Shown in pieces: positions 56,018-64,000 of a stretch of DNA of 64,000 nt (its first letter is position 1; every line of letters starts with the position of its first letter). The stretch covers positions 384,001 through 448,000 of the forward strand of contig CBDCXV010000009.1 in assembly GCA_965223905.1 (NCBI GenBank), in the 5' to 3' direction. The position numbers were made by a program, and so were the translations under genes. The DNA comes from Candidatus Latescibacterota bacterium (GTDB taxonomy: Bacteria > Latescibacterota > UBA2968 > UBA8231). The notes below the pieces were generated by a model. The model was not told the origin of the DNA and searched no databases. It saw only the letters and a list, made by a program, of their open reading frames with translations.

Positions 56018-57187
56018 TTGACCACGAAAAAACGGGGCATCGAGCCGTACGAGCACACAGACAAGACCCGCGCGAACAACCCGGACGTCGGCCTGGTTAC
56101 CCCGTCGACGGATCCGGACGCGGACGCGAAGACCTACGCCCACGACCCCCACCTGGACCCACAGCTGTCCTGGGCCGGCAAGGCGGAGAACACCTCGTTC
56201 GAGGTGCCCACTGTCTCCCTGCACGTGCACGAGCGCATCGAGCCGCGCACCATCATCGAAGCCGTGCGCAAGGGCAACGGCCGCCCGGAAGATCAACTCT
56301 CGTTCTTCTCCCGGCCGGAGGAGAACCGCCCGCTCCGCGAGGCCATCGACTTCTACCGCCACCGACGCAACTGGAGCAACCGCCTGGTCGCCGGCGACAG
56401 CCTCCTGGTGATGAACAGCCTGCTGGAGAAGGAGGGCCTGGGCGGACAGGTACAGATGGTCTACATCGACCCGCCCTACGGCATCAACTACGGCTCGAAC
56501 TTCCAGCCCTTCGTCAACAAACAGGACGTGCCCTCCAGCGACAAGGACGAGGATTTGACCACCGAACCGGAGCAGATCCGCGCCTTCCGGGATACCTGGG
56601 AGCTGGGCATCCACTCCTATCTCTCCTGCCTGCGGGACCGCCTGTTGCTGGCCCGGGAGCTGCTGACGGAAAGCGGCAGCTGCTTCGTGCAGATCGGCGA
56701 CGAGAACGTGCACCTGATGGGCGCCGCGATGGACGAAATCTTCGGCAAAAAAAATCGCGTAGCGACCATCACGTACTTGACGACCGGGGGCAGCTCCGCC
56801 AAGACGTTGCCGGAGGTTGCCGACTATTTGCTCTGGTACGCGAAAGACAAGGACCAGGTGAAGTTTCGGCAGCTGTACGAACCGATCACACGGAGAGAAA
56901 CTATCGATTTTTTCAGTTCGTATGCGGGCATCGAGTTGCCAGACGGTCAGAGCCGCAAACCGACGCCGGAAGAGCGTTTTGATCCAGACAAGCACCTGCC
57001 GGACGGGACGCGGATTTATCGACGCATGAACCTCGCTTCCCGGGGTGCTTCGACTACAGGCCGTTCGGATCCTTACGAATATGAGGGCCGAGTCTTTGAT
57101 GTAAGTTCCGGGGAAAATCTTCAGTGGAGAGTTTCCCCGGAGGGACTAGACCGCCTTGCGGAGGCCACCGAGAACCAACACACTTAA
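56018..57187 (+). pseudogene. Type III Mod-like N6-adenine methyltransferase, truncated
   Basis: YIDPPYG, AFRDTWELGIHSYL; lacks the SAM-binding FxGxG half; ends at an IS1595-type end. Confidence 0.87.
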
Positions 57188-57247
57188 AAAGGGAATTATA
57201 TACAATACAATCTTACCCACGGCCCCGGCGTAGGGGGGGGGCCGTGG

Positions 57248-57432
57248 CTATCGCTTGCGCCCGGATTCCTTCAGATACCGCCAGTCCTTCTTTGGCGGAT
57301 TCCGCATTATGGCGCGCGGGACGTTCTCCGGGGTGTCCGGGATAGGCTCCGGTACCGGATGCTCGGCAGGCGGCCTACGGGACGCTTGTCGGGCTGTTTG
57401 TCCTGCTTCTGCTTCCCTTGTTCTCTTTTCAT
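57248..57432 (-). pseudogene. Small Pro-rich IS-associated ORF, frameshifted
   Basis: MKREQGK...PEPIPDTPENVPRAIMRNPPKKDWRYLK. Confidence 0.5.
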
Positions 57433-57478
57433 ATCAAGGCCATCAGGTAAACGGGCTTGCCCGTATATTCCCGCTTTG

Positions 57479-59647
57479 TCACTGAAGGGCCTTCACCTCT
57501 CCATACAATCTCCGCAGATGATCGTCGGACATGTCGATTATCGGCTCGTACATAAATGAGTTCACATGTATATTCTCTGGTGTCATCAAAGCGACACGAT
57601 CAAGTGTAGCGATCACCTCCAGTTCTTGGGGAAACCTCCTCTTGAATTCGTCCGTCATTCCGCGTGCCTGATTGGCCTCCAAAGTTGCCACCCATGCCGG
57701 ATTGCCAATACGACCAGTCATAAATCGCTCTGCACTCAACCTTATCGCGATGGCCAGTACAATCTTGTTTTCCAAGTTCATCCCGGCGCTTGCTACCAGG
57801 CAAGCTTCGGCCTCCTCTGTCAACAACTCCCACAGCAATTTACCGGGCTTCTTTGAGCCTCCCGTTTCCTGACATATTGCGATATATATGTCATCCAATT
57901 GCCCAACCGTAATCGTCTCGGATCCTGGCTTCCAATGCAGCATAGATGTAAGGCTATCATAGTTGGGGTCTTGCTCACCCGTCGTCATCTCAACGAGATT
58001 GCGCAGGAAGGGGATAGAGGCGATCTTTTTCTTCGGATCGTCAAAGAAATGAAGTTTCCAGTCGCGAGCAAAGATATTCCGGATACCCGCCGCCCTGGCG
58101 AGTGTTATTCCATTTTTGTGTCTCGACGCCATCAGGCAATTTGGGTAACCCACAAATCGGCTCTCTATAGTTCGAAGAAAGTCGAAGTTGTGTGTCATAA
58201 CAAGCAGCTTGAACAGCCCGTCTTCGCTAATGTCTTTAAGGTACTGAATAATCGCGTATTTATTTCGGTAGTCGAAAGAGTCCGCAAGGTCATCTACGAC
58301 GATCAACGTCTCTTGTCGGTTCTTCTTGCGTGTCTCGATCTCGAATATGACATTCAGTACGTATAGTGCCTTTCGCTCGCCAGTGCTTAACGATTGCAAT
58401 AGGTCGTTGCGCCTCAGGTCAGCGCTATCGGCTCCGTCGACATACGTGAACCCGAGGTCGATGATCGAGGTCTGTCCAAGCATCACTTCGGTTTTATTTT
58501 TCGCATCGAGCTTAAACGGCACAAAGAAACGGTCGTTGAATATTTCAATGACATTTTCCCACTGCGTTCTCTGAGTGCGGGCGATGTCCTCGATGTCTTT
58601 CCGGCGTTGGCGCGCAGCGTCATACTTGGTCATCCAATCGGCATATAACGCCTCGTGTGTTTTGAGGTACGACTTTAATATCTCCTGCTTCAGGTTCGCA
58701 GGATTGTTCAGCCGCGAAAGTATCGTGGCATCGTCTCGGACATACTTGTAGAAGTGTCTTAGTTCAGCGTTTCGTGTCAGTTGGCCAGCAACGTCGTCGA
58801 ATTTTCGGCGGAGGGCGGGGTCTGCAAAGATGTCGTCCTTTTCTTTGGAAATTATCTTTTCGAGCTCCTGTCTATCGGCGATCTCCCGGTTGCCTGTCGC
58901 TGCGTTTAGGCTCACGGTGTGCTTGGCAGCAAAGAAGCCGTTGTCAGCGAGGCTCTTCGCAATTTTTCCGGCGTTATAGTAGTCGAACATCCCCTTCTTG
59001 AAGTACGTTGATGCAGAGAGGAGCTCGTTGTATCTTTGGGCATACTCCTCAATTGCGTTTTTTAGGTTTTTTGTATCCAAGCCCTTTAAAACCTTATCAT
59101 TAAATATTTTGTCGTATTCGATTTCGGAGAACGGGGCGTCCGGCTGATCCTCGACCTCGCGCTTGACACGGATCAAGGCGGCGTCGAACTCCAATGCGGT
59201 GGGCATGATGGCGGAGGATATTTCGGCTGCCATGTCTTGCTTTGATCGGGACTGGTTTCGGACGGCGGTCAATAGCGTCTCTTTAGCCGATTCGGTCGCA
59301 CGGAGTAGGTCGTCGTATTCCTTCTTCAACGCGGCATTCAAGAGCAAGGTGGATGTTTGCTCGGTGACGCCGAGGCCCTCGTCGTAGGGGAGTACTACCA
59401 GTACAAGGGCACCCTCGATTTCGCGATTTCGCTCGTCGGTGATTTTCCTCGACGTGGTTCGCTTCGGGAAGATCCGGTCTCCGGATGGCTTTCGTTGGGC
59501 TGCATCTTCAAATGTCTTGGCCAACGAGGATTTCATAGCCCCGTTTGGCGCGTAAAGGGCGTAGGCTGGTGCGGTGGAGTAGTCTAAGTCCGTCTGAAGG
59601 CTCTTTATCCCGTAGCAATTCTTCAGGTCGATCTTGACGCGGTTCAT
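57479..59647 (-). CDS. ABC/AAA_13-type (RloC-like architecture) ATPase with coiled coil
   Basis: YAPNGAMKSS, LSTGE, VVDDLADSFD, MTHNFDF. Confidence 0.85.
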   Translation of the reverse strand: MNRVKIDLKNCYGIKSLQTDLDYSTAPAYALYAPNGAMKSSLAKTFEDAAQRKPSGDRIFPKRTTSRKITDERNREIEGALVLVVLPYDEGLGVTEQTSTLLLNAALKKEYDDLLRATESAKETLLTAVRNQSRSKQDMAAEISSAIMPTALEFDAALIRVKREVEDQPDAPFSEIEYDKIFNDKVLKGLDTKNLKNAIEEYAQRYNELLSASTYFKKGMFDYYNAGKIAKSLADNGFFAAKHTVSLNAATGNREIADRQELEKIISKEKDDIFADPALRRKFDDVAGQLTRNAELRHFYKYVRDDATILSRLNNPANLKQEILKSYLKTHEALYADWMTKYDAARQRRKDIEDIARTQRTQWENVIEIFNDRFFVPFKLDAKNKTEVMLGQTSIIDLGFTYVDGADSADLRRNDLLQSLSTGERKALYVLNVIFEIETRKKNRQETLIVVDDLADSFDYRNKYAIIQYLKDISEDGLFKLLVMTHNFDFLRTIESRFVGYPNCLMASRHKNGITLARAAGIRNIFARDWKLHFFDDPKKKIASIPFLRNLVEMTTGEQDPNYDSLTSMLHWKPGSETITVGQLDDIYIAICQETGGSKKPGKLLWELLTEEAEACLVASAGMNLENKIVLAIAIRLSAERFMTGRIGNPAWVATLEANQARGMTDEFKRRFPQELEVIATLDRVALMTPENIHVNSFMYEPIIDMSDDHLRRLYGEVKALQ

Positions 59648-59979
59648 GTGAAGCACTCCATTGGGCCGGATTCCGAAAAAAATCTTGAGGAAGAAAGAAA
59701 AGGGGGCTCGCACTTTGCGGCGGCCTTCTTTTCAATATACGAAACTTCGAGTGCGGCCGTTATGCTCCGGCGGCACTCCGTGGGGAACATTTCGACCCGG
59801 AAAAACGCCAAGAACCGGGCAATCAGAAAAAGTAGCCAGGCCTGGGGGACGGGGACTTGTTCGAAGTTCGGCCGCGGTAGGCTCGCCCTACTTCAGGCAA
59901 TCAGGTCTTCGTACCGCAGCCGCCGTCCGTCCATCCGGGCGGCGGCCCGGTTCATCTGAATGATGGTGTCCTTTTCCCG

Positions 59980-60505
59980 GGGTCTATCCGGGTTTTTCAA
60001 CGGCGAAACCTGAGAACATGACAAGGCCATAGGTCGTTCCCTATGCTTGGTGTATCCCCATCAAGCACTCCCCAGGAAAGGGAGGCGACCTATGACCGCT
60101 ATAAGTTCGTCTCCAAGATGTTCCAATTCAAGGGGTTTCGCGCTGTCGACGTGTGGTTCGAAGGACGCGGGGAAGAAGCGGCCGTCGTGGTTGCGGTGCA
60201 GCCCACAAGAATGGGTGCCGCTGTCCCCGGTGTGGGCGCCGGGGCAAGATCGTACCGGTCATGGAGCCCCGGCGCTGGCGCGACGTCCGGGTTTGCGGCC
60301 GTACCCTCTGGTTGCACCACGCCCCTCGAGAGATCCGCTGTCCGACCCACGGCCGGCACGTCGAGGAGGTTCCCTGGTCGGCCCCTTCGGCCCGGGTCAG
60401 CTACCGCTTCGAATATCTGGTGCTGAAGTACTGCCAGTGGATGCCGCAGGTGGTGGCCGTGCTCCTGCTGGGTCTGGCCCCATCGACGCTGTCCGATCAG
60501 TTTTG
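59980..60505 (+). mobile_element. ISL3-family remnant (left end and transposase N-terminus)
   Basis: GGGTCT end; CRCPRCG...RRWRD...CPTHG..VEEVPW; frameshifted. Confidence 0.75.
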
Positions 60506-61018
60506 CACCGTGCGTGTCGACGAAAGCCGTGGTCGGCGCAACTGGAAAAAGGATGCGTCGGCCAAGGAGGCGGTGTATGCGAATCGTCGGCGTATACGGG
60601 GAGAGCGAGGAAAGAGGCTTCAACGGCTTCGCGCCGAGTATGTGGAACGCAGTTTCGCTCATACGTACGAAACCGGGGGGCATGCGACGCACTCATCTAC
60701 GCGGCCACACCAACATCTACAAGCGTCTGTATTCATGGCGGCGCCTTCAATCTCGGGCTGGTGATGCGCAAGCTCATCGGAAGGGGAACGCCAAGAGGGC
60801 TTCATGGATTGATATCGGCTTTCGGGGTCTTTGGCGCTCGCATAAACAGTATTTTTAGCCGAATTGTCGGCTATTTGCGGTTGTTGGGTGGTCCATTTCG
60901 AGCCGCCTCTGTGTAGGGGAATGTTTAGCCTGAGTACCCATATATCAAGGGAAGGAAACCATAACATTCGGCACACCTCCGGTTTCTGGAATTTCCCGGA
61001 TATTCAACGGCTTGCTAG
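60506..61018 (+). mobile_element. IS1182-like remnant (transposase C-terminus and right end)
   Basis: RAEYVERSFAHTYETGGMRRTHLRG...AFNLGLVMRKL; end TTCAACGGCTTGCTAG. Confidence 0.7.
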
Positions 61019-61041
61019 GCTGTTCCCCATCAGTCCGGTTG

Positions 61042-62028
61042 CTACACGGTTTTGAGTTTTTTCTCTAAATATGATCGTAATTTGTTAATGGGTATAATTT
61101 CTATAGGTTGATTCTCTATAGCTTGGGAAGGAAAGCCAATTAAATATTTAGTCACAATTAACCCTTCATCGGCAGTTCCATCTTTGATAAGTTTCATCAA
61201 GATCTCGCGAACTTTGCGCAAATAATGGGCTGGTGGTTGATTTCTCCATACTTTAGCCTCTACAGCTATTTTTTTGGGTCCTACAACTGCCATAAAGTCC
61301 GTTCGGAAGCCGGTCCCTATGGTCTCTGTTGCATATTCGATATTCAGTTTTTCAAGTATATCTGCAATTTCTTTTTCAAGAGCAAACCCCTCATTAATAC
61401 TTGACATCTTAGAAGGTTCATCACTTGTGTCGCGACTTTTCCTTATTGCAAGTAGACTGGTAATAATACCTAAGCTTGCAATAAAAACTCCTGCCATGGA
61501 AGCCAGGATATTTTCGTCGATGGGTTCAAGTTGTCCTAATGTCTTGTAAAAGAAGACACTTACGGCACCTAACCCCGAAGTGGTTACTGCCATTACTTTG
61601 ATTATGTGTTCTCTATGATCTTTAGAAACAAACTCTATCTCACTTGATTTTTTCTTATTACCATTTTCTGCTTGATTCAGTTCATTGAAGACATGGTCTA
61701 GACGTTTTTCTAATTCGATCCTTTGAGGAGACGCAATGAGATCGTTATCAAAAACTGCAGCATAAAGTTGATTTAAAACCTGATCTTCTGAAAGGAGATT
61801 TAAAGAACTGACTTGGAATTCTCTCGCTTTTCCTTCTAAGATTCGTGATATATCCACTAGACAGGGTTGGTAATCTTCTAAGACCATTCGCCGCAGTATC
61901 GCTCTATGGACTGATGTGTTAGCAGCCTTTTCGCGCTCTTTTCTGGCACCTATAGTTTGACGATAGCCTAATAGGAATAAAGCAATAGAGACGAAAATAC
62001 CTATTGCCGTTTGCGTATATCCATCCAT
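61042..62028 (-). CDS. Low-GC membrane protein with C-terminal PD-(D/E)xK nuclease
   Basis: Three TM segments; GFALEKEI...TDF...AVEAK. Confidence 0.75.
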   Translation of the reverse strand: MDGYTQTAIGIFVSIALFLLGYRQTIGARKEREKAANTSVHRAILRRMVLEDYQPCLVDISRILEGKAREFQVSSLNLLSEDQVLNQLYAAVFDNDLIASPQRIELEKRLDHVFNELNQAENGNKKKSSEIEFVSKDHREHIIKVMAVTTSGLGAVSVFFYKTLGQLEPIDENILASMAGVFIASLGIITSLLAIRKSRDTSDEPSKMSSINEGFALEKEIADILEKLNIEYATETIGTGFRTDFMAVVGPKKIAVEAKVWRNQPPAHYLRKVREILMKLIKDGTADEGLIVTKYLIGFPSQAIENQPIEIIPINKLRSYLEKKLKTV

Positions 62029-62074
62029 AGCTGGTTTCCAGTTTCGGCTAACGTTTTCCGGCTTGCGAACCCGC

Positions 62075-62220
62075 AGAGCCGGCGGGCAAGGGACTTCATC
62101 AATTCCGCGTGGGGAATCTGGCGGAAGTAGTCCGACCGATCCGCGTCCACCACCTCCCGGTGGCCCGTGTTCAGCAGCCGATGCACGCGCCGTACGGCAT
62201 CCAGCGCGCTGCGGCCCGGT
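62075..62220 (-). pseudogene. Group II intron reverse transcriptase fragment
   Basis: GRSALDAVRRVHRLLNTGHREVVDADRSDYFRQIPHAELMKSLARR. Confidence 0.8.
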
Positions 62221-62264
62221 CGATAAAGAACATCACCTGCGATCCTGTCTCCGAATCGAACCTC

Positions 62265-64000
62265 CTATCCCAACACCTCAACTACTTCCGCAATCACCGC
62301 CACCCCTTCATTGCCCTCTTCGACGACGATTTCCGCGAATTTCGGATTGATGGGCCGCAGCCGGATCGAACCCCCAAGCTCCCCATCATTTCGCACCCCC
62401 TGCTCAACCCGCTCATATCGCTTCACCGTGTAGCTGCCCCCGTGCTCCGGGTCGGTCGCATCCCGAAGTTGCGCCAGCACGTTCCGCCCCTGCCTGCTAC
62501 CTCCGGGATCACGACGGAACAGGCACCATGTCCCGTCCGGGATCTCCGGCTCCATCGAACGCCCCACGACCTTCCCCACGAACATCCCTTGGGATAATCC
62601 CCGCGTCGTTTCCAACTCCGCCCAGCCATCCGGATCCGGCACCTGTCCTTCGCTGAAGCCTCCGGCAGCTGCTCGAAGACTGTAAATGGGAACGCACGTG
62701 CGAAACATTTCGTCCTCTGAGGGTTCATCTATGCGCCGGAATGGCCCTTCGATTATCTCTGTTTCAACCGGCTCAGCAATCTCCGGCCCCTCTGCCACCA
62801 TATCCTCGGCCCGGGCCGCAAACCACTGATCCGCATCCTCACTGATCCGGTCAAGGGCGTCCCGCCCGATCAGGTTCCGTGCCAGCCGTTTGAAATGCTT
62901 CAGCATCGCCTGTGAATCGTCCAGGTCGGCTACCGTGATCTCCAGAACCTCGTGCCCCTGGCTCCGCAACTCACCACGGATCGCACGGTCCCGGTCCTGA
63001 GTTTCGGGGTTGCCATGGATGTGCTCAGATAGCCCGTCCAGATAGATGAAAATCTTTCGCTCTTCCTCATCCGGATCTTCGTAAGTCACATCCGGGGTGG
63101 TTGAATCGAGCGGCCTAGGCAGTAATCGTTGCTCCTGCCAGTGGCCATCCGGGAGGCCCGCAGCTAGAATCATTCGTCGCAGTTTCTCCTCGGCGACGTT
63201 TACCGGCTGGTCCTCCGAACCACCCCCACCGCCCAGAGGCAGCACGGCGGGGATCTCGTGCTCGACGTCGAGCCCGTCTCCCCACTCCTCGATGCGATCG
63301 AGAATGAGCTGCCGGTTCAGGTGTTCGTGGTAGAACGCATTGCGATACCGCTGCAGGCAGTCTATGCAGCTCCTCGCGCACTGCCCAGGGCATTCGGCCG
63401 CGACGCGCTTGGCCTCGGCCACGATTTCCTCAAAGCGCAGGCAAAGCTGCCACAATAGTCCCGACCCGCCCGGCATGGGATCGTAAAGCATGGCGTCGAC
63501 CTCGTCGCTGCCGATCTTGCCCACTACAAGCACTTGCAGATCCTCGTGCTCCATATCCAGGACCTCTGCGGCTGCGAACCGCAACCCTTCTGCAATGGAG
63601 AATGCCTCCTCCTTCGAGGCGCAGTCGGGCAATTTCAGGACATCCGCCGTGAGGTCGGCGTGGAACGCTGTCGCTGACGGGCGCCTTCCGCACCATTCCA
63701 GATGCTTCTCCTCGAAGTCTTGGCGCTGGGGCTGCGACGACATTGGCGACACGCTCTGCCCGCAAACTCGGCAGACGGGATATCCGAACTCGCCCCGTGA
63801 CCCGATGACGTTGCTGGCCCCCACATTGACGAGTGTCAGCCGCACGGCCCTACGCACATGCAGCGGCCGGGTCCCCCAGCGGAACGCCTGGCCTCCGTTG
63901 TGCTGCTCCAGCTCGCGTCCGTAGATCGCCACCCCCATCTGGAAGCGATTCTCTTCCTCGTCCGTGATACGAGAGCTGTGGACCAGTGTCACATCGCAGA
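62265..64000 (-). CDS. C-terminal part of a DUF1998 (DrmB/MrfA-type) helicase fused to a nuclease-like domain and an S24 peptidase domain
   Basis: LYDPMPGGSG, CPGQCARSCIDCL, TTPD...IYLDG...HG, GRSMEP...YTVKRY. Confidence 0.85.
   Translation of the reverse strand, partial: CDVTLVHSSRITDEEENRFQMGVAIYGRELEQHNGGQAFRWGTRPLHVRRAVRLTLVNVGASNVIGSRGEFGYPVCRVCGQSVSPMSSQPQRQDFEEKHLEWCGRRPSATAFHADLTADVLKLPDCASKEEAFSIAEGLRFAAAEVLDMEHEDLQVLVVGKIGSDEVDAMLYDPMPGGSGLLWQLCLRFEEIVAEAKRVAAECPGQCARSCIDCLQRYRNAFYHEHLNRQLILDRIEEWGDGLDVEHEIPAVLPLGGGGGSEDQPVNVAEEKLRRMILAAGLPDGHWQEQRLLPRPLDSTTPDVTYEDPDEEERKIFIYLDGLSEHIHGNPETQDRDRAIRGELRSQGHEVLEITVADLDDSQAMLKHFKRLARNLIGRDALDRISEDADQWFAARAEDMVAEGPEIAEPVETEIIEGPFRRIDEPSEDEMFRTCVPIYSLRAAAGGFSEGQVPDPDGWAELETTRGLSQGMFVGKVVGRSMEPEIPDGTWCLFRRDPGGSRQGRNVLAQLRDATDPEHGGSYTVKRYERVEQGVRNDGELGGSIRLRPINPKFAEIVVEEGNEGVAVIAEVVEVLG

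Larger units (their letters stand above)
33320..57190. mobile_element. Integrated element (satellite/IME-like); right end lost or obscured
   Basis: int, alpA, recombinases, replication module and early operon; 10-bp tandem ATTTCATACC/ATTTCCTACC at 33332-33351 resembles integrase arm sites. Confidence 0.75.
57191..59979 (-). mobile_element. IS1595-family transporter IS remnant
   Basis: TIR-like GGGAATTATATAC at 57191; transposase C-terminus REKDTIIQMNRAAARMDGRRLRYEDLIA* at 59893-59979; passenger genes lie between. Confidence 0.65.

Noticed and set aside
61001-61025. GCCTAGCAAGCCGTTGAA (minus strand) as the attC inverse core of the low-GC gene
   Set aside because: It is better explained as the right end of the IS1182-like remnant ending in CTAG.
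62075-62220. RT as a retron, DGR or defence RT
   Set aside because: Only ~48 codons of group II intron-type RT remain, with no YADD motif and no ncRNA context.

Overview
GC-rich bacterial chromosomal window. Plant-type LRR, FlgD-Ig/dockerin/YWTD and PQQ-propeller proteins suggest a sponge-symbiont-like host such as Latescibacterota/Gemmatimonadota; this is inference only. Four zones: (1) 1-21 kb: an accessory Hsp70/GrpE/J-domain/TPR operon, a tandem ATPase + ATPase-HTH-TPR pair, a frameshifted LRR surface protein and assorted metabolic genes. (2) 20-31.5 kb: a decaying defence island (SNF2-DUF3883 helicase, DUF1156 methylase and DUF499 remnants) with intact inserts (TIR/NDT-like protein, DUF488 pair, MNT, AAA_21+DUF4276). 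(3) 33.3-57.2 kb: an integrated element next to a truncated sigma54-driven surface protein gene. It carries a P4-type integrase, AlpA, two Cre-like recombinases, an aberrant tRNA, a ~10 kb leftward early operon (ParB-like, SSB, RadC, DUF7007), and an RHH/primase/helicase/Rep module with 22-bp iterons; no capsid or conjugation genes are visible. (4) 57-64 kb: nested IS1595/ISL3/IS1182 debris with defence-type passengers and a DUF1998 helicase fused to an S24 peptidase. The most striking signals are two RNA features of the element: two co-varying hammerhead-ribozyme-like motifs in front of ribosome-binding sites (44561-44619 and 45334-45389), and a His-like tRNA scaffold with a Leu (GAG) anticodon and a 6-nt acceptor-stem bulge (37254-37336).
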